From assembly GCA_019310485.1 (NCBI GenBank), contig JAFDEF010000004.1:35890-99889 (forward strand): a DNA stretch of 64,000 nucleotides, written 5' to 3'. Origin of the DNA: Deltaproteobacteria bacterium (GTDB taxonomy: Bacteria; Desulfobacterota; DSM-4660; Desulfatiglandales; HGW-15). Below are positions 9,398-18,063 of this stretch, piece after piece. Numbering within the stretch: position 1 is the first letter of the stretch; the number at the start of each line of letters is the position of its first letter. Made by a program: the position numbers and the translations under genes. The notes under the pieces were generated by a model that saw nothing but the letters and a program-made list of their open reading frames with translations, searched no databases and was not told the DNA's origin.

Positions 9398-9474
9398 GGG
9401 GGGAAGGCAATGGATTTAGTGGTCAGCAGCCAGGGAGACTCGGAGCAGAAGAAATGCCCTTCCCCATTTTTATT
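9398..9474 (+). terminator. Possible terminator-like structure between the two Mo-hydroxylase gene sets
   Basis: GGGGGGAAGGCA (9398-9409) can pair with TGCCCTTCCCC (9455-9465), giving 10 bp with one bulge, followed by ATTTTTATT. The 45-nt loop is atypical. Confidence 0.25.
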
Positions 9475-9536
9475 GAGCTATTAGCAGCTATGATGTATAG
9501 GGCTTTTTTCCGGCGTTGAAAGGAGAAACCGCTAAA

Positions 9537-10421
9537 ATGATTGAGGCAGAGTACGTGGCCCCTTCAAATCTTGGGGAACTTTTTAAGTCCATTGAAGGCA
9601 GGGCCGAAAGGGTAAAATTTGTTGCAGGCTGCACAAACGTGTTGCCCGACTTGCGAGCGCAAAATCCAGCCCCGATGCTTTTGGTTGATTTAACCGGAAT
9701 AGAGGAGCTGCGCCGAATAGAAGAAAACAACGGTGTAATTTCCATAGGCTCACTGGCCACAATGACTGAACTCGCCGCATCTGAGATCATCAGGACCCAT
9801 GGCCCGATTCTCGCCTCAGCCGCAAGGGCCTTGGGCAACCCGCTGACGCGAAACAGGGCAACCATTGGTGGAAATATTGCAGATGCATCTCCTGCAGCTG
9901 ATACTGCGCCCCCACTGCTTGCCCTTGAAGCAACGATCCATACTGAGGGAGCCAGCCATGCAAAAAGGGAAATCCCTGTGGAGGAATTTTTCATTGGCCC
10001 CAACCAGACCGTGCTGAACCAGGGGGAACTTATTACACGGATCACTTTCCCAATACCAAAAGACCCCTCTGCCTCCAGCCATATCAAATTCGGCCTCAGA
10101 AATGCGATGGCTATCTCAGTGGTATCAGTGGCTGTTGTACTTGAAATGCAGGGGAATTTGTGCCATAGGGCACGAATTGCCCTGGGATCAGTGGCACCTA
10201 AGCCGATTCGAGCTTATCTGACAGAAAAAGAACTGGAGGGGAGAAAGATCACTGAGGAAGTTCTTGAAAGCTGCGCGGAAGTTGTTAAGAAGGAGATTTC
10301 TCCAATAACTGATATACGTGCTTCCGCACAGTACAGAGAGCATGTTACCGGCGTGCTTCTTAAGAGGGCACTTTGGCAAGCCGCCAGAGAAGGAGAGAAT
10401 AGTACAAATGGCAACATATAA
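9537..10421 (+). CDS. FAD-binding medium subunit of Mo-hydroxylase (M2)
   Basis: VKFVAGCTNVLPDLR and ATIGGNIADASPAADTAPPLL motifs. The ATG at 9537 is preceded by AAAGGAGA. Confidence 0.9.
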   Translation: MIEAEYVAPSNLGELFKSIEGRAERVKFVAGCTNVLPDLRAQNPAPMLLVDLTGIEELRRIEENNGVISIGSLATMTELAASEIIRTHGPILASAARALGNPLTRNRATIGGNIADASPAADTAPPLLALEATIHTEGASHAKREIPVEEFFIGPNQTVLNQGELITRITFPIPKDPSASSHIKFGLRNAMAISVVSVAVVLEMQGNLCHRARIALGSVAPKPIRAYLTEKELEGRKITEEVLESCAEVVKKEISPITDIRASAQYREHVTGVLLKRALWQAAREGENSTNGNI

Positions 10422-10881
10422 ACTTGAACTTAAGTTGAACGGAGAAAAGCTTAGTGCGCAGGTCCTTGCCCATGAAAACCTTTTGAGTGTAATGAGGAAC
10501 AAGCTTGGAGCCAAGGAAGTAAAGAACGGTTGCAATAAGGGAGACTGTGGAGCATGCGCCGTGCTGCTGGACGGGAAAGCTGTAAATGCCTGTCTTACGC
10601 TTGCCTTGCAGGCCAATGGCAAAGAAGTGACCACGGTCAAAGGTATAGGAACAGAGGATCAGCCCCATCCCCTTCAAGAAAGCTTTGTGAGGCACGGCGC
10701 CATACAGTGCGGATTTTGCACTCCCGGTATGATAGTCTCCTCCAAAGCGCTTCTTGACACGATTCCAAACCCGGACAGGAGGCAAATCAGGGAGGGGATT
10801 TCAGGAAACCTATGCAGATGCACCGGTTATAACAAAATTGTGGAAGCCATCGAGGATGCTGCTCTTAAAAGGAAATCATAA
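10408..10881 (+). CDS. [2Fe-2S] small subunit of Mo-hydroxylase (S2)
   Basis: MATYKLELKLNGEK..., CNKGDCGACAVLLDG, CGFCTPGMI, CRCTGY. The ATG at 10408 overlaps the M2 3' end by 14 nt. Confidence 0.9.
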   Translation: MATYKLELKLNGEKLSAQVLAHENLLSVMRNKLGAKEVKNGCNKGDCGACAVLLDGKAVNACLTLALQANGKEVTTVKGIGTEDQPHPLQESFVRHGAIQCGFCTPGMIVSSKALLDTIPNPDRRQIREGISGNLCRCTGYNKIVEAIEDAALKRKS

Positions 10882-10899
10882 ACTAAGCGGAGATAAGAC

Positions 10900-13212
10900 G
10901 TGAAAAAGGATCCAAAAGACCAACTATCAAATTATGAGTACCAGTTTATAGGCAAGCCTGTGCCCCGCCATGATGCATGGGACAAGGTTTTTGGCAGGAC
11001 GAAGTATGCAGATGATTTTGATATGCCTGGCATGCTTTTTGGGAAGGTACTTAGAAGTTCTTATCCAGCTGCAAAGATCCTTTCTATCGATACTTCCGGG
11101 GCGGAAAAGATGCCCGGAGTGGCCGCAGTTTTGACGGCAAAGGACGTTCCCAACAATGAGACAGTTACTCGATTTGGCCAGACTCACCAAGTAGGAGGAT
11201 TTGAAGGCCTGTACAGGGTTCTAGCAGATAAGAAAGTAAGGTTCATGGGAGAGGCAGTGGCGCTGGTGGCTGCGGAGACTGAGGAGATTGCCGAAGAGGC
11301 TCTGGCGCGTATCAAAGTGGAATACGAGCAGTTGCCAGGAGTATTTGATCCGCTGGAAGCAATGAATCCAGATGCATATCAGGTGGGGGAGGGAGACAGC
11401 AACATTATCTGCAACTACCAGGTCAGAAAAGGAGATGTGAAAGAGGGATTTTCCCGTTCGCATGTTGTTGTTGAGAATACCTACAGGGTCCCCTTTGTTG
11501 AACATGCTTTCTTGGAGCCTGAATCAGGAATCGCCTGGATTGATGATAGCGAGATCATCACTATCCGTGTCTCCACCCAGGTAATCGAGCATTTTAGAGA
11601 CGTGGCGGATGTGCTTGGGATCCCACACAACAAGGTGAGGGTGATTGCCCCGATGGTGGGAGGAGGGTTTGGTAGCAAGGAAGACATCACGGTTGAGACC
11701 TTTTTGGCGCTTCTAACCTGGAAAACCGGTAAGCCTGTGAAAATGACGTGGACAAGAGAGGGGTCAATAATCTCCTCCAGCAAGCGGCATCCTTACGTCA
11801 TGAAATACAAAACAGGAGCAACAAGGGACGGCAAGTTGATGGCTATGGAGGCGCAGTTGATCTCAGATGCCGGAGCGCATGTTTATTTAAGCCCCTGGGT
11901 TCTCCTTTATTCTACTGTTGATGCCACGGGCCCCTACGATATTCCCAATGTCAAAGTAGATTCTTACACCGTGCTTACGAACAATACTTTCACGAGCGCA
12001 AATCGAGGCTTTGGCGCTCCACAGGTCTGCTTTGCTTATGAATCTCAGATGGATGAGCTGGCCAGGAGATTAAGCCTCTCCCCGCTTGAAATACGCAAGA
12101 GGAATTATCTCCGAAAAGGGGATGCGCTGGCCACAGGTAGGGTGCTGGAATACGGAGTTGAGACGGAAAAAACCGCGATAAAAGCACTTGAGGCCCTTGG
12201 GGAACCTTCGATGCCTTCGTCTCCCACGGAGAAAATCGGCCAGGGCCTGGCATCCGGCATGATGAGTTACGGCAGGATGACTTTTCTTCACGACACTTCG
12301 CGATCTTACGTTGGGATAGAACTGGATGGAAGCGTTACTGTCAGGTGCGGGGTGCAGGATATCGGGGGCGGCCAGGCATCATCTCTGGCATCCATTGCCG
12401 CTGAAATTCTTGGTGTACCCATGGAAGAGATCAAGGTGTTTATTGGGGATACAGCGCTCACTCCAATAGCAGGAACGACGACGGCCACAAGGATGCTTTA
12501 CATGTCCGGGAACGCCACCCTTAAGGCCGCCACGGAAGTTAAGAAAAGTCTTTTGCCCAAGGCAGCGGAAATGCTGGAGGCCAGTCCTGAGGACCTGGTT
12601 TTCAGAGACAAGAAGGTTTTTGTAAGAGGAGCGCCTGCAAGGGCTATACCGCTTGCAGATGTGGTAAAAGCCTGTGCCGCAGATGGAGTGCAGCTTTACA
12701 ATGTAGCTCAGTTTAATGCGCCGTTTAGAGAGCTGATTGACTTTAAAACGGGTCAGGGCCAGGTTTTCCCTGATTTTACATTTGGATCCCATGCCGTGGA
12801 AGTGGCTGTTGATACCGAGACAGGGAAAGTGAGGGTGCTAAAGCTGGTAGCGTGCTACGATGTGGGCCAGGCTATTAACCCCCTTAGTGCTGAGGGGCAG
12901 ATTGAAGGAGGTGCCCTTTATGGTCTTGGGTATGCCCTCACAGAGGAAGTGATCCTGGACAAAGGCATCACGCTCACCCCTTCGTTTTCCGAGTACCTGG
13001 TTCCCACATCAGTGGACGCACCTCATGTCAAAACAATCATGCTGGAGTCAAGGGATGGAGCAGGACCTTTTGGTGCAAAAGGAATAGGGGAACCATCGTG
13101 CAACTCCATTGCACCCGCAGTGGCTAATGCAGTGGCCAATGCCATAGGAGCAAGGATTTTGGACCTTCCCCTGACGCCTGAAAAGATACTCAGGTCCCTG
13201 CAGAAGCTCTGA
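10900..13212 (+). CDS. Xanthine dehydrogenase-family molybdopterin-binding large subunit (L2), xanthine-dehydrogenase-like active-site residues
   Basis: 770 aa with a GTG start. It carries GGGFGSKE, NRGFGAPQ and GAKGIGEP. From memory these align with bovine XDH GGGFGGKE(Glu802), FR(880)GFGGPQ and the catalytic Glu1261 motif. Confidence 0.9.
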   Translation: MKKDPKDQLSNYEYQFIGKPVPRHDAWDKVFGRTKYADDFDMPGMLFGKVLRSSYPAAKILSIDTSGAEKMPGVAAVLTAKDVPNNETVTRFGQTHQVGGFEGLYRVLADKKVRFMGEAVALVAAETEEIAEEALARIKVEYEQLPGVFDPLEAMNPDAYQVGEGDSNIICNYQVRKGDVKEGFSRSHVVVENTYRVPFVEHAFLEPESGIAWIDDSEIITIRVSTQVIEHFRDVADVLGIPHNKVRVIAPMVGGGFGSKEDITVETFLALLTWKTGKPVKMTWTREGSIISSSKRHPYVMKYKTGATRDGKLMAMEAQLISDAGAHVYLSPWVLLYSTVDATGPYDIPNVKVDSYTVLTNNTFTSANRGFGAPQVCFAYESQMDELARRLSLSPLEIRKRNYLRKGDALATGRVLEYGVETEKTAIKALEALGEPSMPSSPTEKIGQGLASGMMSYGRMTFLHDTSRSYVGIELDGSVTVRCGVQDIGGGQASSLASIAAEILGVPMEEIKVFIGDTALTPIAGTTTATRMLYMSGNATLKAATEVKKSLLPKAAEMLEASPEDLVFRDKKVFVRGAPARAIPLADVVKACAADGVQLYNVAQFNAPFRELIDFKTGQGQVFPDFTFGSHAVEVAVDTETGKVRVLKLVACYDVGQAINPLSAEGQIEGGALYGLGYALTEEVILDKGITLTPSFSEYLVPTSVDAPHVKTIMLESRDGAGPFGAKGIGEPSCNSIAPAVANAVANAIGARILDLPLTPEKILRSLQKL

Positions 13213-13238
13213 ACGATTTAGCCTGAAGGGGGTTAGAT

Positions 13239-14183
13239 ATGAAGTCAAGTTTGACCGTCTTGGCTATAGGCGGTAATTCTCTAATAAAGGACAGGAAAAG
13301 CGTTGCCCTCCAGGACCAGTACGAGGCAGTCAAGGAAACAACTCGGTATATTGCAGACCTTATTGAAAACGATCTTAATATTGTGATAACTCATGGAAAT
13401 GGCCCCCAGGTGGGTTTTATTTACAGGAGGGGAGAACTGGCTCAACATGAGCTACCGCTGATACCTCTGGATATCTGTGGTGCAGATACCCAGGGGGCTA
13501 TTGGCTACATGATTGAGAAAGCGCTTCTAAACGAACTTCGCAAAAGAGGAGTTGAAAAAAGAATTACTGCTCTGGTAACAATGACCCTTGTTGACAGGGA
13601 TGACAGCTCTTTTCAAAACCCAACAAAGCCGATCGGGTCCTTTATGCCAAGGGAAAAGGCGCTTGCCAACAAGGAGCAGTTTGGGTGGGATATAGCGGAG
13701 GATGCAGGCAGAGGCTTCAGGCGTGTTGTGCCTTCCCCGATCCCCAGAAAAATAATAGAACTGGATGCTATTAAAACCCTTCTTGAAAAAAACTATGTTG
13801 TAATTGCTGCCGGGGGTGGCGGGATCCCTGTAATCAAAAATGACGCAGGGGATCTTGAGGCTGTAGAAGCTGTTATTGATAAAGACCTGGGGTCTTCTCT
13901 TCTGGCCAGAAACCTGGGTGCTGATACGTTCATAATTTCAACCTCGATTGATGCGGCATACCTTAATTTCGGACAGGAAAACCAAGAGCCCCTCAGGCAT
14001 GCCACACTTTCGGACATGAAGGAATATCTTGAGCAGGGACATTTCAAGCCCGGCTCCATGAAGCCGAAGGTCGAATCAATCGTTCAGTTCCTTGAAGGTG
14101 GTGGGAAAAGGGCGATTATCACTTTACCTGAAAACCTGCTAAAGGCGGTGAACGGGGAGTGCGGAACAACGATCACGGCTTAG
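13239..14183 (+). CDS. arcC: Carbamate kinase
   Basis: 314 aa. VLAIGGNSL... and ITHGNGPQVG are amino-acid-kinase-fold carbamate kinase signatures. AAGGGGIPV is also present. Confidence 0.9.
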   Translation: MKSSLTVLAIGGNSLIKDRKSVALQDQYEAVKETTRYIADLIENDLNIVITHGNGPQVGFIYRRGELAQHELPLIPLDICGADTQGAIGYMIEKALLNELRKRGVEKRITALVTMTLVDRDDSSFQNPTKPIGSFMPREKALANKEQFGWDIAEDAGRGFRRVVPSPIPRKIIELDAIKTLLEKNYVVIAAGGGGIPVIKNDAGDLEAVEAVIDKDLGSSLLARNLGADTFIISTSIDAAYLNFGQENQEPLRHATLSDMKEYLEQGHFKPGSMKPKVESIVQFLEGGGKRAIITLPENLLKAVNGECGTTITA

Positions 14184-14231
14184 AAGTGACAAATACATAT
14201 GTGAACGGGTTGAGAGAGAAAGGAGCGAAAA

Positions 14232-15158
14232 ATGGGGTTTGAAGGAAGAGACATTCTTTCAACAGAGGATTTTACCAAGGATGAGATTCTGGAAATCATG
14301 GAAGTGAGTGCCAGGATGGAGGAACTGGCCAGAACAAAAGGCGTCTCCAACCTCCTCTCAGACAAGATTGTGGCAGTAATCTTTTTAGAACCTTCCACCC
14401 GTACCAGGCTTTCATTTGAAACAGCGATCAGGAGGCTTGGCGCAGGATGCATCACTGTGGCGGATGCAAAAACATCTTCAGCAGCCAAGGGTGAGACCCT
14501 TGCCGATACCGCCCGTACTATAGAAGGCTACGTGGACTGCATAATCGTGCGCCAGCCAATGATTGGGGGGGCCAAGTTGATGGCTGACGCTGTGAGTGTT
14601 CCTGTAATAAATGGAGGGGATGGCCCGGGCCAGCACCCAACCCAGGCACTCCTGGATCTTTATACGATTAAGAAAGAGACAGGCAGGCTTGAGCAGCTCA
14701 AGGTGGCAATGGTGGGTGATCTAAAGTATGGAAGAACCGTTCACTCACTTTCCTATGCGCTAGCCCCTTTTTTGCCGGAAAGATATATCTTTTGTGCTCC
14801 AGATGCCTTGCAAATGCCCAAAAATATTGTTGCGGACATGAAAGCAAAAGGTATCACCTGCCAGCAAACTTCCGGGCTTGAAGATGCCCTCGAGGCTGAC
14901 ATTCTTTACATGACGCGCATTCAAAGAGAACGTTTTGATAACCCGGCAGACTATGAGAAACTCAAGGGAAGCTACATCCTGACCCGCGAGATATTGGAAA
15001 AAGGCAACAAAGAGATCACCGTCATGCATCCCCTGCCAAGAGTGGATGAAATAAGCACGGATGTTGACGACCTACCCAATGCAGCCTATTTCAGGCAAGC
15101 CCATAACGGTGTGTTTCTGAGAATGGCTCTCCTGGCAATGATTATGGGCAGAGCATAG
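14232..15158 (+). CDS. pyrB: Aspartate-carbamoyltransferase-type (PyrB-like) transcarbamylase
   Basis: 308 aa with STRTR, HPTQ and HPLPRVDEI motifs. HPLPR is the ATCase type rather than the OTCase HCLP type. No pyrI or pyrC is adjacent; it sits directly after carbamate kinase. Confidence 0.75.
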   Translation: MGFEGRDILSTEDFTKDEILEIMEVSARMEELARTKGVSNLLSDKIVAVIFLEPSTRTRLSFETAIRRLGAGCITVADAKTSSAAKGETLADTARTIEGYVDCIIVRQPMIGGAKLMADAVSVPVINGGDGPGQHPTQALLDLYTIKKETGRLEQLKVAMVGDLKYGRTVHSLSYALAPFLPERYIFCAPDALQMPKNIVADMKAKGITCQQTSGLEDALEADILYMTRIQRERFDNPADYEKLKGSYILTREILEKGNKEITVMHPLPRVDEISTDVDDLPNAAYFRQAHNGVFLRMALLAMIMGRA

Positions 15159-15267
15159 AAGCGCATTTCAGCAAAGTTTATCCTTACCATTTTTCCGCTA
15201 CCGGAAGTAAGCCTCGCAGCCACTTTGGGCGTGGGAAAGAAAATTTGCGAAAAAAGGCAATTTTTTG

Positions 15268-15297
15268 TTGACAAAGATATATCATATATCATATATT
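15268..15297 (+). promoter_or_regulatory. Sigma70-like promoter candidate in an AT-rich repeat tract upstream of the GntR gene
   Basis: TTGACA at 15268-15273, then about 18 nt, then TATATT at about 15292-15297. It is embedded in atatcatatatcatatattatatt (iterated ATATCAT). Confidence 0.4.
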
Positions 15298-15396
15298 ATA
15301 TTTTGTATATTAAGAAATTTTTTCTCCAAGACCTATTATGGTGATATTATATGAAATAATCCTTTGGTCAGATCTTATTCAGTTTAGGGGTTTGCT

Positions 15397-16110
15397 ATGC
15401 AAAGTACCTTAAGAAACACTTCATTGACTACCGGTCTTGCGGTGAGCGGACAGCCGAAGCTTTACAAACAGATCTGGAAAGCGATTGCAGAAGGAATTAA
15501 GGAGGACATCATAAGTGGATATTACCGACCAGGAGACCGTCTTGTAGAGGCTGAATTGGCAGCCAAATATGATTCAAGCAAGACACCGGTGAAGGAGGCA
15601 CTGCGATATCTAAACGGCATCGGTTTCGTTGAGGTTGTGCCTTACAAAGGTGCGATTGTTACGAAAATGGACAAGAACGATGTTATCAGCCTTTACAAAA
15701 TTCAAAGCGTTTTAGAGGCATTGGCGGCGCGTGAGGCCCTTCCGAATCTTGGTAAAGCAGACTACGACAAAATGGAGACATATGCAGGCCTGCTAGAAAA
15801 TTACTACCGAGAGGGCAAGAAGGACAAATATGAGAAGGCTAACCTTATGTTTCATTCTGTTGTGTGGGGAGGTCTTGATAACAGAAACTTAATTGATCTA
15901 ATTATTACTATCCGGGAGAAGCTTCAGAGATATCGCCCAATAACTAGACGCTATCCGGAAAAATTCAAGGAGCTTGTCGCTGAGCATCGAAAAATGATTC
16001 ACGTTCTGAAAGAAAAGGACGTCAATAGGGCTGAGAAAATGGTCCGGAGACATTATGAAAAAAACGCTGAGATAATTGTCAGTATCTTGGAAAGGGAAGA
16101 TGGGTTTTAA
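15397..16110 (+). CDS. GntR-family transcriptional regulator (FadR/FCD-type C-terminal domain)
   Basis: 237 aa. YRPGDRLVEAELAAKYDSSKTPVKEALRYLNGIGFVEVVPYKGAIV is the GntR winged HTH. The C-terminus is helical. Confidence 0.85.
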   Translation: MQSTLRNTSLTTGLAVSGQPKLYKQIWKAIAEGIKEDIISGYYRPGDRLVEAELAAKYDSSKTPVKEALRYLNGIGFVEVVPYKGAIVTKMDKNDVISLYKIQSVLEALAAREALPNLGKADYDKMETYAGLLENYYREGKKDKYEKANLMFHSVVWGGLDNRNLIDLIITIREKLQRYRPITRRYPEKFKELVAEHRKMIHVLKEKDVNRAEKMVRRHYEKNAEIIVSILEREDGF

Positions 16111-16272
16111 AGATTCAAGGAGAGAGCTCTTTTTGCCTGTGTACTCTTTTGAAAGCCAGCCACAATTTTTTCTCTCTGCACTCATCAGTGCTGAAAGGAT
16201 ATGGATAAAGCTGTAAGGGAAGTGTAGGAAATTGAAATCAAAAATCATTTTTTCCAAAAGGAGGGAACGGAG

Positions 16273-17907
16273 ATGCGAAAGGGGACTATTTTCTTTGGAG
16301 TGGCTTTAGCATGGGGCTTTATTTTAGCATTCGTCCTCGGACTAGTGATGCCAACAGCAGCCCAAGGGAAAGAGCCTGTTGTTCTCAAAGCTTGGGCCCT
16401 GACCTATCCTGAACCCGTGGAAATCTGGCGAGTTTTGAGTGACGATTTAAGGGAATTGGGTATCCAGGTAAAATTGCGAAACGGTTCCATTGGTGAGTGG
16501 GTGGGGGACATCATTCGAAAAGAGAATCCCTACCACCTTGTCACCATGACTTGGTCGGGGTCGCCCGAGCGGATAGAGCCTTCTTGGTTCCTAACAGAAT
16601 TTTTCCACTCCAGCAGGATTGAAAGAGGGCGAAATTATGGCAATTATGTGAGTAAGAAGTTTGACGCTTTGATGAAAACTCAGTTGAGGGAAATGGATCC
16701 TGAAAAAAGAAAGCAATTGCTTTGGAAGGCCCAGGAAATTATCAACCGAGACAATGCCTTTTTCCCCATCTATCATCACGATATGATTCAAGCTTACAAT
16801 TGCGATAGAATTGAAGGCGTGATTCCGACGATGGGATCCTGCATCGGGTGGCCTTACAATCCTTGGACCTTTTTTAGGGCTAGGCCAAAAGGCAAGATCC
16901 GGGAACCCCGAGTTGTTAACAGAAAAGACCTGATGTCCACGAATCCTTTTGCGGCTCAAGAGGCCCAAACAATGGGCTGGATGAGGCTCATTTATGATAC
17001 GTTTGCCAAACGAGACAAGGATTCTAAGTTGATACCATGGGCGGCCGAATCTTGGAACATTGTTGACGATACCACGGTCGACATTGTTCTAAGGGATGGC
17101 ATGAGGTTTCATGATGGTAAGCTGGTCACCGTAGAGGATGCAAAATTTACCTTTGATTATATTATGAAATGGAAATTTCCTATGTTTTCTGCTGATTGGC
17201 GCAATATTGAGCATGTGGAGATTAGAGATGGGCGGACGCTGCGGTTCAAGTTGAAAAGTCCTTACGCACCCTTTGTCGCGAATATCTTGTTGAACACCTT
17301 CATCATACCCAAGCACATATGGAAAGATATCCCTAGTTCTGTTGGTGTGGCAAACCCAATGGACTGGCCCAATCCCACGCCGATTGGCAGTGGCCCTTAC
17401 CAGTTGGTGGAGTGGAAGAAGAAAGAGTACTTTCATCTAAAGGCAAACAAGAATCATTTTATCAAACCTAATTTTGATGGATTGTACTATCTGGTCGTCC
17501 CTACTACTGAAGGGATGATAGCTATGCTTGAAAAGCAACAGGCTGAAATTTATGGATTTGCCCTTGATGCGGTTCAGGCAAACAAGCTTGATGCTCTTCC
17601 CTATTTAAAAACGGTTAGAGTACCAAATCATTCAATAACAGAAATACGGCCAAATTTCAAGATGAGACCCACGAGCGACCCCAGTTTCAGGCGGGCCTTC
17701 CAATATGCTATTAACAGAAAAGGATTGTTGGACATTGTATACCAGGGCCAAGGGGTGGTAGCACACAATACGCCAATTATTCCCATCAATAAACCATGGA
17801 GCAATCCCAACGTACCATCCATTAAATTTGATCTGGGCAAGGCGACACAGATCCTTAAAGAAGCGGGCTATACATGGGATTCGAAGGGACGTTTGTGTTA
17901 CCCATAG
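16273..17907 (+). CDS. Family-5 (DppA/OppA/NikA-type) ABC substrate-binding protein, apparently circularly permuted
   Basis: 544 aa with signal peptide MRKGTIFFGVALAWGFILAFVLGLVMPTAAQG. Residues about 33-205 resemble the C-terminal third of canonical family-5 SBPs. Residues about 215-544 resemble the N-terminal two thirds (see finding). Confidence 0.8.
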   Translation: MRKGTIFFGVALAWGFILAFVLGLVMPTAAQGKEPVVLKAWALTYPEPVEIWRVLSDDLRELGIQVKLRNGSIGEWVGDIIRKENPYHLVTMTWSGSPERIEPSWFLTEFFHSSRIERGRNYGNYVSKKFDALMKTQLREMDPEKRKQLLWKAQEIINRDNAFFPIYHHDMIQAYNCDRIEGVIPTMGSCIGWPYNPWTFFRARPKGKIREPRVVNRKDLMSTNPFAAQEAQTMGWMRLIYDTFAKRDKDSKLIPWAAESWNIVDDTTVDIVLRDGMRFHDGKLVTVEDAKFTFDYIMKWKFPMFSADWRNIEHVEIRDGRTLRFKLKSPYAPFVANILLNTFIIPKHIWKDIPSSVGVANPMDWPNPTPIGSGPYQLVEWKKKEYFHLKANKNHFIKPNFDGLYYLVVPTTEGMIAMLEKQQAEIYGFALDAVQANKLDALPYLKTVRVPNHSITEIRPNFKMRPTSDPSFRRAFQYAINRKGLLDIVYQGQGVVAHNTPIIPINKPWSNPNVPSIKFDLGKATQILKEAGYTWDSKGRLCYP

Positions 17908-17929
17908 TATATGTGTATATAGTATGTAG

Positions 17930-17958
17930 TTGTCGAGGACGCCTTGCGTCCTCGACAA
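17930..17958 (+). promoter_or_regulatory. Strong intercistronic stem-loop after the SBP gene (13-bp stem)
   Basis: TTGTCGAGGACGC ctt GCGTCCTCGACAA read directly. There is no clear U-tract. It could be an mRNA-stability element or partial terminator that raises SBP:permease stoichiometry. Confidence 0.5.
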
Positions 17959-18063
17959 TTGTTGCGTACTGCCATCAGCAGCGAATAAAGGGGCTCTACT
18001 CCCCATAGCCAATCAAGCCCTAGGACCGTCCTGGGGAGGGGCGTTTCCGTCCGCTTAGGTCGC

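Noticed and set aside
7993-10421. Assigning either Mo-hydroxylase as 4-hydroxybenzoyl-CoA reductase, which is common in anaerobic aromatic degraders.
   Set aside because: Neither FAD subunit (about 294 aa each) shows the extra Cys-rich insertion that, as I recall, carries the additional [4Fe-4S] cluster in HcrB. The neighbouring genes (carbamate kinase, transcarbamylase, amidohydrolase) point to N-heterocycles. This is weak negative evidence only.
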